Under the pieces are notes generated by a model that saw only the letters and a list, made by a program, of their open reading frames with translations, searched no databases and was not told the origin of the DNA. Below are positions 26,013 to 39,936 of a DNA stretch of 64,000 nucleotides, piece by piece; positions within the stretch are counted from its first letter, which is position 1, and each line of letters opens with the position of its first letter. Origin of the DNA: Eledone cirrhosa (Eukaryota); the NCBI GenBank assembly GCA_964016885.1, contig OZ024742.1:128092001-128156000 (forward strand), written 5' to 3'. The translations under genes and the position numbers were made by a program.

Positions 26013-26807
26013 ATGGAAAATAAATTGAATAAACCATACCACTGTGATATCTGTGGTAAATCATTCTCTTTTAATGCTGGATTAACTACACACATACGTG
26101 TACATACAGGAGAAAAGCCATATCACTGTCAAGTCTGTGGTAAATCATTCTCTGACACAAGTACTTTAACTAAACACAAACCTATACATACAGGAGAGAA
26201 GCCATATCAGTGTGATATCTGTGGTAAATCATTCTCTCTAAATGCTAGTTTAACTAGACACAAACGTATTCATACAGGTGAGAAACCACATCAATGTGAT
26301 ATCTGTGATAAATCATTCTCTGAAAGTTGTCACTTAACAAAGCACAAACACATTCATACAGGAGAGAGGCCATATCCCTGTGATATCTGTGGTAAATCAT
26401 TCTCTGATAGTAGTCACTTAATAACACACAAACATATTCATACAGGTGAGAGGCCACATCACTGCGATATCTGTGGTAAATCATTCTCTGGAACTAGTTA
26501 TTTAACTAGGCACATACGTACACACACAGGTGAGAAGCCATATCACTGTGATATCTGTGATAAATCCTTCTCTCGAAAAGATACTTTAACTGATCACAAA
26601 CTTACTCATACAGGAGAGAAGCCATATCACTGTGATATCTGTTATAAATCATTCTCTCGTAATAGCCTTTTAAATAGTCACAAACATAGTCATACAGGAG
26701 AAAAATATCATTGTGATATCTGTGGTAAATCATTCTCTCAAAGAGGAAGCTTAACTAGACACAGACATACCCATACAGGAGAGAAGCCATATCACTGTGA
26801 TATCTGA
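26013..26807 (+). CDS. C2H2 zinc-finger protein, 9 complete tandem fingers with no effector domain visible
   Basis: ATG at 26013 (MENKLNKP); repeats of [11 protein letters not shown]...LTxHxxxHTGEKP; the 10th finger is cut by TGT>TGA; AATAAA at 26986; candidate acceptor ttatttcag at 25642. Confidence 0.92.
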   Translation: MENKLNKPYHCDICGKSFSFNAGLTTHIRVHTGEKPYHCQVCGKSFSDTSTLTKHKPIHTGEKPYQCDICGKSFSLNASLTRHKRIHTGEKPHQCDICDKSFSESCHLTKHKHIHTGERPYPCDICGKSFSDSSHLITHKHIHTGERPHHCDICGKSFSGTSYLTRHIRTHTGEKPYHCDICDKSFSRKDTLTDHKLTHTGEKPYHCDICYKSFSRNSLLNSHKHSHTGEKYHCDICGKSFSQRGSLTRHRHTHTGEKPYHCDI

Positions 26808-27189
26808 GGTAAATTATTCTCTAAAAGTAGTCACTTCATTAGACTTTAACACATTCATACAAGGGAGAAATCATATGCCTGTGTTAAATCATTACTATGT
26901 AAAGGTTACTTAACAAACTCATTCATACAAGATAAAAATCATACCTCTCATGCAAAATAGTGCCACCACTGTTGTAAATGTTCTTAATAAAATTGATTTT
27001 CTCCTTTCATTTTATTTGTAGACTTGTGTTGGCATAACTGTATGGCATAGAATTTACAAACACTTTGTATGTGTATGTTTATGCGTATGTATTTGCATGT
27101 GTACATGTGTAACTGTATATGTTCATTTATATGTATGTGTATCTGTATTTGTATATGTTTGTATATGCACATCGCTATGTCCTTATGTA

Positions 27190-27515
27190 AAGGTGCATGG
27201 CTTTGTGGTTAGAATATTCAACTCATGATCATAAGGTCTTGAGTTCGATTCCAGGTGGTGCGCTGTGTCCTTGAGCAAGACATTTTATTTCATGTTGCTC
27301 CAGTCCACTCAGCTAACAAGAATGAGTTGTATCTGTAATTTGAAGGGCCAGCCTTGTCACATTCTGTGTCACGCTGAATCACCCTGAGAACTACATTAAA
27401 GGAACGTGTGTTTGTGGAATGCTCAGCCACTTGCACATTAATTTCATGAGCAAACTGTTTTGTTGATTGTATCAACTGGAACACTCATCGTCGTAACCGA
27501 CAGAGTGCCGTTAAA
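27190..27515 (+). mobile_element. tRNA-headed CORE-type SINE
   Basis: A/B-box-like tggctttgtggttag / gagttcgattcc, then tgtgtccttgagcaagaca. Confidence 0.8.
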
Positions 27516-27959
27516 GTTAAAATATCCTTATGTATGTGTATATATATCTAGATTTGCAGTATTCATTCCAGCTCTGTGCTCTCTGAGTTCAAATCACACT
27601 GAAGTCAATTTACTTTTTTGAGGTCCATAAATAAAATACCAGTCTCATACTGGGGTCAGTTCTTTTTCACTGTTTATCTGGCTTTCTATATATATGCAAT
27701 CAGATATGAAGAGGGGATGGGCTCTGCCAGGTTTTTAAATGCCCAAGACCTGCAAAGGTTCCACCACGTTTTAATGCCCAAGATACTCTGGATAGAAAAC
27801 TTTGAGTACTTATTCTGGCTCTTTATACTTTGAGTTCAAATCTTGCTGAGGTTAACTTTTTCTTTCATCTTTTCAAGGTCAATAAAAAAAAAAATGTACC
27901 AGTCCTGTACTGGGTTGATTCTTCTATATTGCCTTTTCATTTTCATTATATCTTTCTTA

Positions 27960-28165
27960 GGGCGGTGATTGGCAGTATTAAACAACATATGTGGTATATA
28001 GTTACATCCCTTTATGTTCTGAGTTCAAATCTTGCAGAGGTTAGCTTTGCCTTTCATCCTTACGGTGTCAACAAAATAAAGTACCAGTAACACACTGAGG
28101 TCGATTGAATTGACTTTGCCCTCGCCTAAAATTGTTGGTCTTGTGCCTAAATCAGAAACAATTAT
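27960..28165 (+). mobile_element. family A SINE
   Basis: Same core and tail as the other family A copies; more decayed partial copies lie just upstream (~27580-27920). Confidence 0.8.
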
Positions 28166-28654
28166 ATATTTTTTCTCTGGAAGAAATCAGCTGTGGAGAG
28201 GAGTGTTCTGCCAGGTTTAAAAATTCTTAAGGCATGCTGTATGTCTTTACAGCACTCCTGTAGGACACGAAAAGAAAAGATCTATATATGAATATATATT
28301 GTTAATTAATGAGTTGCTTATTCAAGAGAGTTGTGTTGTGATGTCTCGATAAACATGTAAGCAGATAAAAGCACTCCACATCAGATGTATATATATCCAG
28401 CATTATCATAGCGATCAGACACGATAGTTTCTTTGTATGAATTAGCTTTAAGAAAGATGCATAATTATATTTATTGTATAATAATTGGACTTTTGCAAAC
28501 ATGGAAGCATTTGCCTGCAGCATATCAACTTAGTCAAATTTCTTAACATATTTGTGTTAGTATCTGATGATGTCACCCCTTCTAATTGTTGTAATGATTG
28601 CATAACAGCTGTACACTAGAATCACCTAAATTCATATTCAATAAATACGATTAT

Positions 28655-28885
28655 GTAACCATCTCCAAGTACTGGTTGCTCTCCGACAGGTTCGCCGTCG
28701 TGGAGACTTCTGGTGTCCTTGGCCCTAGGGTTACCTCCCTATTCACCACCATAGGCACTGTGCTGGCCAGCCTCAGGTGTGAGCCTTGCGAGTTGGAATG
28801 ACTCTTCCAGCACATCTCCCTTACCATCCTCCAGGGAAAACACCTCCATTCTGTCCGTCGGGGCTGTGGGGAGGCCAGCATGTAG
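28655..28885 (+). mobile_element. CRE-like non-LTR fragment
   Basis: SKYWLLSDRFAVVETSGVLGP...EPCELE.LFQHISLTILQG, homologous to 33180-33290 and 63135-63230. Confidence 0.7.
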
Positions 28886-29406
28886 GACCCCATTTGTTCA
28901 CCATACGGATTAATAGGCAAAGTTATAAACTATTGTAAATAAAATAAGTTAAGTCAAAAAAACATGAATATATATTTAAGTAAACGAAGTATCGTTTAAG
29001 GTAATCCAAGTAAAGATTATCAGTACTCTGTATCGTAGATGGTTCTAACGTTCGGTGTTGTTTGACTCAACATGATGTTTACTTGGTTGAGGTGTTCGGG
29101 TGGCCGATTCCAGACAGTTCCTAGGTATCTAAACTACAATAAAGAAAGGAGTGCAGGACTGCATCCAGAATATTTTTTTTTTTTCCCATTTGTAAAATAA
29201 GTTGGATTACTTTGAATAAATAATGAATGAATATTACATAATTTATCTACTAAATTTTGTGGCTGTTCATTAAATATATTTTATTACTTATTTAAAGATT
29301 CATTTCTTTAAAATTTTCAAATGTAAACACATCCGGATAGCAATCACTTAAATAAACATTCATATATTTCTGTCACTAATTTTTTCCTAATGCAGTTTAT
29401 ATATAA

Positions 29407-29867
29407 CTAGCATAATGGCCTGGCATTGCTTGGGATTTGCTCTAGGGTTCTTATATATTTATCCTTATCGAGGCTCGTGGAAATAAATATGTTTGTTTAT
29501 ATTTTGTTATTGTGTATGCAAAAATATCTACACGAATATATAATTATATATATATTAAAATAACAGATTAAAGTTTAAGCAAAGAATCACTGCTTTCACC
29601 CTTAATGGGATCTTCTGAAACTAAAAAAAAACAATCTGTGAATGCAGAAGTAAATATTTCGAAAAACGACAGACAGACAGACATTATAAGGGCGCAACCT
29701 TATATCTATGTATCTATCTAAAATGAGAAAGACTAAGAGTTATAAAGAGAGATTGCTAAATCGCCTAATGCGATATGTAGGGTTTTGAAAATTTGAATCG
29801 GTTGGGTGGTTCTCGAGTTTTAATGATCGGACAGAGAGACAGACATTCTCTGTTTTAGATATATAGA
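29407..29867 (-). mobile_element. non-autonomous Helitron inserted at an A|T site
   Basis: Minus strand TCTATATATCTAAAAC...hairpin...CTAG; homologous to 43695-44838; empty site visible at 63698/63699. Confidence 0.88.
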
Positions 29868-30387
29868 TATCGTCTTTTTTTAATGTATCATGATTACGTT
29901 ACTGATTATATAAGACAGTGTAATGCAGTCTTCGTTCAATTTCTGTGGGTATTGTCAATTACAATGTATCATATCTACATGCATATATACTTGCTTATAA
30001 TATCAATATGTACACTACACAGGCTAGTAGAAAACCACCCGAATGTTGGTTTTTCTGATAGTAATAATAATAATAAAGGAGTGAAGAATAACACGGATCG
30101 GTTATACAGTGGGGTTTATTCCAAGTATTAACAAATGTTTCATTAGTCCGGGGTGTCTAAAAACCGCTATTTGTAGTGTGTCATGACAATCAATTGTAAG
30201 TACAGTTTACACCAATCAAATTATTTCGGTTTGTTACAATGCATTTATATTTATAGTTACATGAAAAATAACATGGATAATAGCAAGAAGGAAAGCATAG
30301 TGAGGAGGGGTGTAGTAGGATAATGGCATGAAAAGACAATAAGATAAAAATAAAAATACCGGTAGAGTTGAAAGTAAAATTAAGAAG

Positions 30388-30515
30388 TATTCTGATGATT
30401 TCTCCTGAATGAAAAAGTTCTAGTCCTGTAGAAGCCTTTCTATATTAAATATTTATACTCTGCTTTGTATTGAGTACCTTACTTACTGTGGTTGAACCCA
30501 GGATAAATTTATATA
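30388..30515 (+). ncRNA. decayed hammerhead plus downstream flank of the 59.6/60.1 kb family
   Basis: CTGATGA-tttctcctgaat-GAAA-aagttctagtcctg-TA-gaag; flank ctatattaa...gtattgagtaccttacttactgtggtt matches the reverse complement of 59585-59640. Confidence 0.65.
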
Positions 30516-30991
30516 TATATATACACACCATTTATGTTAGGCTATTTACCAATGAGTAGAACCGGTGATTTGGGTTGGCAAACGATGATGTAACAAATTA
30601 ATTAAACCACTCAATGTCATACAAATCCTCCATTGTAGATGTGGTATCCAGTGGTTGGTGTAGGAACAGAGTAAAATATTCATTAAATTAACAGAAGGCC
30701 GAACGGGAAAATTTACTTTAGAATTTATATTCCGTGAAAGTACTATATATCTTTTGATTGTCCAGTTCTATTATCTGATTATGATGCAAGACAAGGTGAT
30801 TTCATCAGGTGTTATTTGCAGAATTATGTAACAGGATTACGTTGAACCTAATGATAGAATAGAAAGCGACAGCTTGCTAATTTGGTATTATATTGATAGC
30901 AGATGGTCCTCGTCTATTGTTTTAATGAGTATATAATATAGTGATGTCACTAGTGCCAAGCTGTATCAGCCTTTGCTTTTCCCTTGGACAT

Positions 30992-31856
30992 TGTGACGTT
31001 TAGGTTAGTTGCTATGATGGTTTGGATGAAAAGAATAATGTCATGATTGAGTTGTTAACACTGTTTATTTTATAATAACAATATTCGATCTGAACAGCGA
31101 GTAATAAAATTTATGACATGAACCGTCGCTACATTAAATTGTTGGCTCTACGAGGCAACGTGAATCCATGTATCAGAGAAGACTATATAGTATGAGTGGT
31201 GTTGTGTCTTGCAGATACAATATTACAGGTAGTATAGGATGAGAGTATAATATAACAATATGAACTTACTATGCGTGTGTGTGCCTATTCTTAGTTTATC
31301 TTATTCTCATAGTAGTAATGGTCAATCTGTCAGGCAGGCATGACTGGCTGTCTGGCTGAGAGGGTAAGCCAGTAAGGGCCAGGAGAAAGATAGGGTGAAA
31401 GGTCTACTGACGCTACATAGTTATCTTCTTGACTGCTGTTTCGATTCTCCCCCCTTTGTTCCCTCAGTCCTTGCATTTATAATAAGTGCTAAAGTTAGGA
31501 TAGATATATGAACTGACCTGTGGTTAGCATCTCCCAAGGGGTTTGGGTCACAGGTCAAATGGAATGTCATCCATCATCGTTGACAGGACAAAGGCGAGAA
31601 CTTCCAGCGATTGAGTGTACCAGAAGCGGGAAAGCTCAGATTCGGTTTCGAATCTTCGCCGGTAAAATATAGGAGTATTCCGTTATAGACATCATATATA
31701 GAATACATATAGTGCTTATGGATTACCAAGTCAGTAGTGTTTTTACCAGCTCGCATATTTGTGACATTGTTAAAAAATAAGTTTTATCAAGTTTATATAA
31801 TAAATATCGAGGGACATAGTCAGAAGGAACCTCGACATGGCCGGCTTCCCGTTACA
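30992..31856 (-). mobile_element. possible solo LTR
   Basis: Termini tgtgacg...cgttaca (TG..CA, imperfect inverted); minus-strand TATAAA (~31478) and AATAAA (~31066); no TSD found. Confidence 0.35.
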
Positions 31857-32599
31857 ACTGGAGCCAACTAGCCCCTACTGTGGTGATGTTTGCGCCCAGA
31901 CAAAATAACTCTTTCTCCATTAGAAGGTAAATTTCTAATCTGGGACTCCACGTACTGCGATTTCTTTCGCCACTCACAGCCTTGTTAAATAACTGTTGAG
32001 ATTAAGGAAATACAACTCTTTAATGCAAGATAGCTTTTTTAACGAAATAAATAACTGATGGAAATTACTTATTTTATAACGCAATGGAAACCAATTCAAA
32101 ACGTCTGTAATGTGGTTGGGCGATGGGGCGCCAAGCAATTGATCTGTATATATGTTTGTATTATGTATCTCTACGCATAGTAATTTGGATTCTCGTTTCT
32201 TTTAATTTTAAAGAAGTCATATTTGACTTGGAAGAGTAATGTTGCATACTTAAGCTCTTTTAAATCCGAATCCAACTTTAGATCAGCTAATAAAATAGTC
32301 AGGCAGACCATCCCCCAACTTCGTAATAAGAAGTTCTCCTCCACGTCTTAAGGGTTCTCTCTTCAGAGCAGTGCGTCCTTGCGAGGTGGAGAGAATACTT
32401 TGCTGATCTAAACCCTGTCGCAACAGCATATTCTGTTGTGCATAAGGTGAATCAAGGAGCGATGAATAATCTCTTAGAAGCTGGGGTCACCAGAGCAAAG
32501 AGCTCAAACGTGGCAAGGCCGTTGGAGAGGTTAAAATTCCTCACAATGCGAGGTCACCTGCGAGACTTGGAACCGGCTCAGACTCTGCTCAGTAGACGT

Positions 32600-33300
32600 C
32601 CCTCCTCCACTTCCTCCTATAGACATCAAATCCCACAGAGCATATGGTATGCTCTTCAATGCAACATGGTCTCGGACAGTCTAGTACGTCAGCTCGACTG
32701 ACACCGCCTCACATGTTTTCGCTAGGCCTCGCAACCCCACAGCGGTGCATGGCTCAATGCCTTACCCACATTTTCGATTGGCATGCAGCTGGATAACGAT
32801 AGCCTGAGAATTGGGGTTTCCCTGTGGCTCGGCCTTCGGGTCTGCGATCCACACAAATGTCGCTGCGGAACCACCGTTGACTCTTTCGGCCTCCACCCGC
32901 TGTCCTGTCGTTACAGTGCCGGCCGCCTTCCACGCCATGCTGCTCTCAACGAGATCATAAAGCATGGCTTGGATGCTGCAGGTCTCCCCCCCCCCCCTAG
33001 CTCGAGCCGGTGGGGCTGGACCGAGAGGATGGCAAAAGGCCAAATGGCATGACTATCTTCCCGTTCCGCGGTGGTAAACACCTCATCTGGGATGTCACAT
33101 GCAGTGACATTTTCTCTAGGGGCAACCTGGTGCAGCCTGCGACTAACCCAGGCTCTGCTGCACTTCGGGACGAGAAGGGTAAATTCTCCAAATATCGTTT
33201 GCTCTCTGACAGATTTGTGGTCGTGCCCGTAGCAGTGGAAACTTCTGGTGCCCTTGGCTCTAAGACCACCTCCCTACACACCACCATCGGCCATGGCGCC
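32600..33300 (+). mobile_element. CRE-clade non-LTR retrotransposon C-terminal region (CCHC knuckle plus restriction-like endonuclease), frameshifted
   Basis: HSGAWLNALP...LDNDSLRI...CRCGTTVDSFGLHPLSC...RHAALN, then EPVGL.REDGKRPNGMT...LIWDVTC...K.SKY...PVAVETSGALG. Confidence 0.85.
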
Positions 33301-33369
33301 CGAGTTCGTCGCCGACGGCTTCCGCCTTGGTGCCTACATGAGGCTCCTGGCCAAGCATGTGAAGCCATG

Positions 33370-33605
33370 GATGGACAGGAGTGGGTGGGGCTAATGGTAG
33401 GCCCTACGTCTTTCAACAAGACTCCACCCCCACCCACAAAGCCAGGATCACCCAGGCCTGGCTCTTCGCCAACATGCCATACCACTGGTCGCCCAACTTA
33501 TGTCTTCCCCCTCATCGCCAAACTGTAATCCTCTCAACTATTTCGCGTGTGGCGTCTTGGAGAGGGAGGTGAACAGCAGACCCTACAATACCAAGGAGGC
33601 TCTCA
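33370..33605 (+). mobile_element. Tc1/mariner-superfamily transposase fragment
   Basis: PYVFQQDSTPTHKARITQAWL...WSP, then after a frameshift SSPNCNPLNY (cf. FQQDxAPxH / SPDLNPLDY). Confidence 0.8.
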
Positions 33606-33918
33606 TATATATTATATATTAAATTCAAGTGAAAAAAATCAATTTATGGGAATATAAGTGAGACAGACCAAAACAAAAATTTAGTCAATCTCACTTATCG
33701 ATCTTCCATGGTTTCATTTGTGGAAGAAGCAATTATTGGAAAAAAGATCAATATTTGAAGAATCACCAAATTCATCAGGGGAATTATTCTTCAATTCCAA
33801 GGGGCCATATTTATCAGGAAACTATATATATCATTGCCGAGCCAGCATGCTGAACAAAAACACGTTGTGCAATTGAACTATTAAATGAATAAACGTCTCT
33901 TAGTATTAGGACTACGTA

Positions 33919-34140
33919 GGGCGGTGGGTTGGTAGTATCGGTAGAGAGTCGGACACCATGATTTGCAGCATAGAGTTACGGCCCTTTATGATCTGAGTTC
34001 AAATCCCGCCGAGGTTAACTTTGCCTTTCATCCTTACGGGGTCGATAAAATAAAGTACCAGTCACGCACTGGGGTCTATTTAATCGACTTCCCCTCCCCC
34101 CAAATCGCTGGCCTTGTGCCTATATAAGAAACCAATATTA
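33919..34140 (+). mobile_element. family A SINE (long variant)
   Basis: Full head gggcggtgggttggtagtatcgg, core and tail. Confidence 0.85.
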
Positions 34141-34354
34141 GGACTGCGTGTCAGGCGTACAATGCCGCTAGAAATAGCAGCCAAAAGACCGCCTGACACG
34201 GCTCACCAAATCAGGAGCAGCTTAATGTCATTTTTTTCACTTCAATTTGATATGTAATATTGCTTCTCTGATATTTTATCCATTCTTTGAGATATTTAAA
34301 CATTAGTAACTAATTAACAATATAATTGTTGTTTTTGTCGTTGTTGTTGTTGTT

Positions 34355-34361
34355 CTACTAT

Positions 34362-34426
<65 letters not shown>

Positions 34427-34445
34427 ATAATAATAATAATAATGT
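34355..34445. repeat. (TAC)n/(TAA)n microsatellite
   Basis: Direct reading. Confidence 0.95.
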
Positions 34446-34499
34446 TCTGTTGTTTTGAATGAGTACAGTAAACAGCGGGGGCCACGCGTTGTCCCTCTC

Positions 34500-37400
34500 G
34501 AAAAACCCCAGTTGATGGATACGAAATCCGAAATATAGGGACTATTTAATCACTTTCTCGTGTTATTATTTTTTTCACTTTTCCTACGTTTTTCTACGCT
34601 CTCTACGTCTCTTTCTATGCTTCCTCTTACATCTCTCTCTCATTACCACCTGATTCTGTTACAAGGAAATTTACCCATTTGCTTTGTTGAAAAAATATTT
34701 GGAACCAAATACTAAGCCAAAGAAAACAGGCATACTGGAAAGCCTTGAGGAGTGAAAACCTAGCGGTCACATATGAGATATGGCGAAGTAAGGAAAAAGT
34801 TATCCTCCCGAGAAAATTCCGAATTAAAGAAATAACATCAGAACCAAATGAAAAAATCAAAATAAGACTAAATCTAGCACTCCAGAAACTTGAGACAGAA
34901 ATCACTCTACTCTGTCTAAGAGTGCCAACATTTAAAGAAAAATTCAAAAACTGCGACACCACCATTAGAGAAGAAATAAACAAAAGAAGCAGCGGCAATG
35001 TACGGGGGAAAACTCTTTGACGTTTGGAAGAACGATACAACCAGAGAGGAATTAAAATCAAAGAAAATCTTGGAGTCAAGAACACAATGGTTACAAGAAT
35101 ATGAAAAAAACTATGGGAAAGACCAAATAAAATCCAAAAAACAAACCCAAAAGAAACCCTCAAATTCGGGAATATACAAAAACACAAGAAATGAAGAATT
35201 CTCACGCAATAAACAAACATCAACCAGAGATCAGAGAATCCCAAACACACAACTATACACAGACCAAATACTGAAGACCAGAACCAGATACAACTACAAT
35301 CAAAAGCCCAAGAACAATTACCAGCGGCAAAATCAAAGACATATGAAGACCGAACGGAACAGCAGAAAAACTAGACCCCATATATCAACCACCAAACAAG
35401 ATTCTACCGTTCAGAAAATTATCAATATGAAATACCAGCAAACAGAACATGTCACCACAACAGAAACACCGCTACCTCAAATGGGAATTATTTTTTAGGA
35501 CAAGGTGCCTCCCACCAAATGAAAAGAAAAAAAGAAAAAACACCACCCTTCAAGTGGAACTCGACGAGAAAACTCCAAAGGAACCAAAATAATCAACATA
35601 TCGGCCAAAAAGCGAACACAACAGGAAATCAAACTGCTAGAAAATGGACTGAAATTCACACCCACTCCAAAAGCAGATCAAGCCGACCTTATAAAAGACA
35701 GAAGATTTTTGTCAAAAATTATGTCTAGGAGAATTCTTCCAGGGTGTAGAATACGAGGAGGAATCACTATTGAGAAACAAAAAGAACTTCAAACCTCCGT
35801 TAAATAGAGACAAACACCTGGAGGAATACATAACCTGCCTCCGACGATCGGCACTGTCAAATATTGCAGAGACGAAACGCAAACGCAACATTCCTACAGA
35901 CCAACTGCTAGCACTAAGCAAGCTACAAAAAGACTCCTCAATAATCATAAAAGAAGCGAACAAAGATGGAGCAATCATCATCATGGACAAATACCACTAC
36001 AAGGATATGGTCGTAGAACAGTTGAATAACGAGGAATTTTACAGGAAAATCAGCAAAAGCGAAGTAAGAAAATCGATGATTAAAGTAAGCAAACTGACGA
36101 CCAAGTACCAAAACAACCTCACACTAAAGAAATCAATTACTTAACCAACTTCGAAATGAAAACCAGCAATATTTATGGTTTACTGAAGGTTCACAAATTC
36201 AGAGAAATCCAAAACAACATAAAAGACAAAAATACATCATATGCTGAAGTACCAAAACCGACAGATTAAAAATTACGCCCAATTGTTGCTGGTCCAGCCT
36301 CAAACACACAACGTCTAAGCAACCCATTAGACATCATACTGAAACCCTTATGTAAAAAAAGTGCCAAGCTTCATCAGAGATGATATGGAATTCCTGAACT
36401 ATATCCCCCAGAAAGTGCACTAAGAAACAATCTTAGTCAGCTTTGACGTAACAAGCTTATATACTAACATCCCACACGACTTAGGAATTGAAGCTGTTGA
36501 CTTCTGGATTACAAAGCACCCAGACTACATTTCAGAGAGATTCCCCCAAAAATATATTTTAGGAAGGACTCAAATTAGTATTGGAGAACAACCACTTTCT
36601 TTTTGATAACGAACTGTATTTATAAGTAAAAGGAACGGCCATGGGCACCAAACAGTTGCATCACTCGTTATGGGTCGCCTAGAGGCAAAATTACATTCCA
36701 TACTGCAGGAAACATTCAGTCATGACTTCGTCACCTACATTAATCACAACTGGGAACGCTACCTAGACGACTGCTTCATCTTCTGGAATAGAAACCAAGA
36801 AGACCTGCAAAGATTCCATTCCATCATAAACAGGCTTCACGAAGCAATACAATTTACCCTGGAATATAATAAAAAGGAACTACTGTTTCTGGATATCCTT
36901 ATCATTAAAGAAGAGGAAAATATCAAAACAGACTTATTTTACAAACCATCAGACACACACCAATACTTGAATTTCCGATCAGCACACCCCTCACATACCA
37001 AAAGGAACATTCCCTTTAACATGGCAAGACGCATCTGCACCATAGTAACACACCCTCACTACAAGAAAAAAGATTATATGAACTAAAAGAGTTCCTTAAA
37101 AGACAAGAATATCCGGTGAGCCTCATCAACAAAGCCCAGAACATCCCAGTAACAACACTGAGAAAAAGAAACCAACAAAATAAAATGGAAAAAACAGTTA
37201 TCCCTTTTGTCATCCCTCACAATCCAAGGAACTTCAACATTGTGAAAGCCGCTAAACAATATCTCCTGATTCTCCAGCAGTCCTCTAAAATGAATCCACT
37301 CATAAAAGACGCACAAATAATATATAGTAGACACCAAGCACCCAACATAAAGAAACTGCTTACCAAGGCAAAATTTACGTCTAATAATGAAGCAATGCAA

Positions 37401-37800
37401 GTTAAGAAATGCGGGGACCCTCGATGCGGAACTTGTGAACACATTGAAGAGGGTGGGCAAATCTCTTTTAAAAACAACCAATTTTTCACAGTTAATGCAA
37501 ACATGAATTGCAAAACCAAAAACTTGATTTACTGTGCAACCATCCCACAATGTAAAGAATACTGCATTGGTGAAACCGGGACGGGTCTACATGACAGAGT
37601 TTGAGTACATAAACAACAATGTGCAGTGAACACTTCGCAACATGCGGAAAGGGAAAATTCACAATTTTCCTCTTCTTTAAGATATGGTCGGACAACGAAT
37701 ATTTCCGAAAATATAAAGAATTCTTTATTAGAAAGTACAAACCACTACTGAACACAAGAAAATGATATTCCATCTTCAAATAACAGGATTCTCCCCCTCT
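34500..37800 (+). mobile_element. near full-length decayed Penelope-like element (Neptune-like)
   Basis: LLENGLKFTPTP, IIIKEANKDGAIIIMD, LRPIVAGP, LVSFDVTSLYTNIP, GTAMGT, ERYLDD, FLDILI, KCGDPRCGTC linker and NLIY...YCIGETG (GIY-YIG); many frameshifts and stops. Confidence 0.93.
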
Positions 37801-38101
37801 CTCATTTCTTTAAAAAATCATGTTGAAAAAGAAAAATATCCAAATAGAAGTTGATGACACCCGCACTTTCAAACATTCGATCGTTGAGAAGAAAAACCCT
37901 CAGAGGTACACTAACATTTCATTAATTCCCCCTTCCCCACCCCAATGTATATGTGAACTTAAATACGTGAGTAGATGTGTATACATAAATGTGTGTGTAG
38001 ATGTTTGTATGTATGTCTGTAGGTGTACAGGTATGTGTGTATATGTATGTGTGCATGTGTGTGTATATACATATGAATATATGTGTATGTGTATATATAT
38101 A

Positions 38102-38971
38102 TCTATCTATATATATATATATATATAAAACTGTGGTTGTCTGTCTGTCTATCGATTTTTGGCACACATCTCCTCTTAGAATCTCTCACGGAATTGCACC
38201 GAAATTGCTATACTTGTACATTGAGCCCTAGCGAAGACATCGGAAAAAAAATATTTCAAATTGACCCATCCTATGTGACGAAATCGAATATAATGTATCG
38301 ATTTTTGAGCGTAAGTTATCAGTTATTTCCCTTTGTTCTGTTTACATTGAGCGTCTTACGTAAAAAATTACGCTGGCTTTCTCAGCGTTTAAAATGACAT
38401 TAACACAATACACGAAGCTTCCGTTTTGCTTCATTTCCATTTAAAAGCATTTTAAAACAATATTTTTACTTGAAAACAAGTCTATTTAAAGACTACGTAA
38501 AACAAGCAAATATTTCGTCGTTAGGCGTGCAGACAGACAGTCGTGCAGACAGACAGTCGTGCAGAGAGGTGATATAGGCGTGCAGACAGACAGTCGTGCA
38601 GAGAGGTGATATAGGCGTGCAGACAGACAGTCGTGCAGAGAGGTGATATAGGCGTGCAGACAGACATAACTGATCATTTGGTTACGCTAATGTTTTTCTC
38701 TGCGTTGCAGTGTTTACATTTTCGATCTTTGTTAATAAATAACCAGTGCAGTTTCTATCCCCAGCATCCTCTTTTGTTATAACATTCGGGTTATCGTTAT
38801 GTTTTCTTAACTTCATAAGGCATATTGTTGGTTGAGGGAATATTAATCAAAAACACCACATGCAAGTCTGCACAGTAGACACTACAGTTTTTAAGCCAAG
38901 AAAGAAACTTAACATTGTAACTTTAACACAGCTACTGAGCGACCCCGAGCAACGCCGGGCTTTACTGCTAG
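38102..38971 (+). mobile_element. non-autonomous Helitron with internal 37-bp tandem repeat (38520-38665)
   Basis: 5' TCTAT(AT)nAAAACTG...(GTCT)n; 3' cccgagcaacgccggg hairpin then CTAG. Confidence 0.85.
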
Positions 38972-39567
38972 TATATATATATATATGTGTGTGTGCGTGT
39001 GTGTGTGTGTGTTTATATGTATGTTTATGTATGTATGTACATATGTGTAGGTGTGTGTATATATGTGTGTATATATGTAGTGTATATATATATATGTATA
39101 TGTATATATATATGTATGAATATGTATGTATATATGTATATATATGTATATGTGTGTGTATGTGTGTATATATATATATGTGTGTATATATATATGTGTG
39201 TATGTGTATGTATGTATGTGTGTATGTATGTAATATATATGGGCTGTAAGTATATTTACATATAGGGAAGTGAATATGTGAGCTAGTATGTCCCCCCCAC
39301 ACACGCACTTCCCCTCCCAAACCAATATCAACAACATACATTTCTGACAAATATTCCAAAACTACCCTTATTCTTCTCATTGCTGTCATCCCATTCTTAT
39401 CAAAAGACGTATCTTACACCCCCTTAACCCCACCACCACCACCAGACACACACCTAAATTCATCTTTAATATAGAAAATTGTTGAAGGTATTCTTTATAA
39501 ATTTAAGAGATTTGATTCAGCGATAAAAAACGAATTTGAAAAACATCCTGCCAATATATTCATCAAA

Positions 39568-39760
39568 GGGCGGTGAATTGGCTGTATCGATAGAGGGTCG
39601 GACATGCTTTCTAGCATAGAGTTACGTCCCTTTACGATCTGAGTTCAAAATCCCGCCGAGGTTAACTTTGCCTTTCATCCATACGGGGTCGATAAAATAA
39701 AGTACCAGTAATGTACTGGGTAATTGCTGGCCTTGTGCCAAAATTAGAAACAATTATATT
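39568..39760 (+). mobile_element. family A SINE with target-site duplication
   Basis: Flanked by atattcatcaaagg on both sides (~39556 and ~39756). Confidence 0.88.
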
Positions 39761-39864
39761 CATCAAAGGTCATTTATTGAAATGGAACCAGCAGGAGGGG
39801 ACTTTTACAACACCTTTCTTAACACCCTCATCCCATTATCTTGCTGTCAACATTCACAATTTTC

Positions 39865-39936
<72 letters not shown>

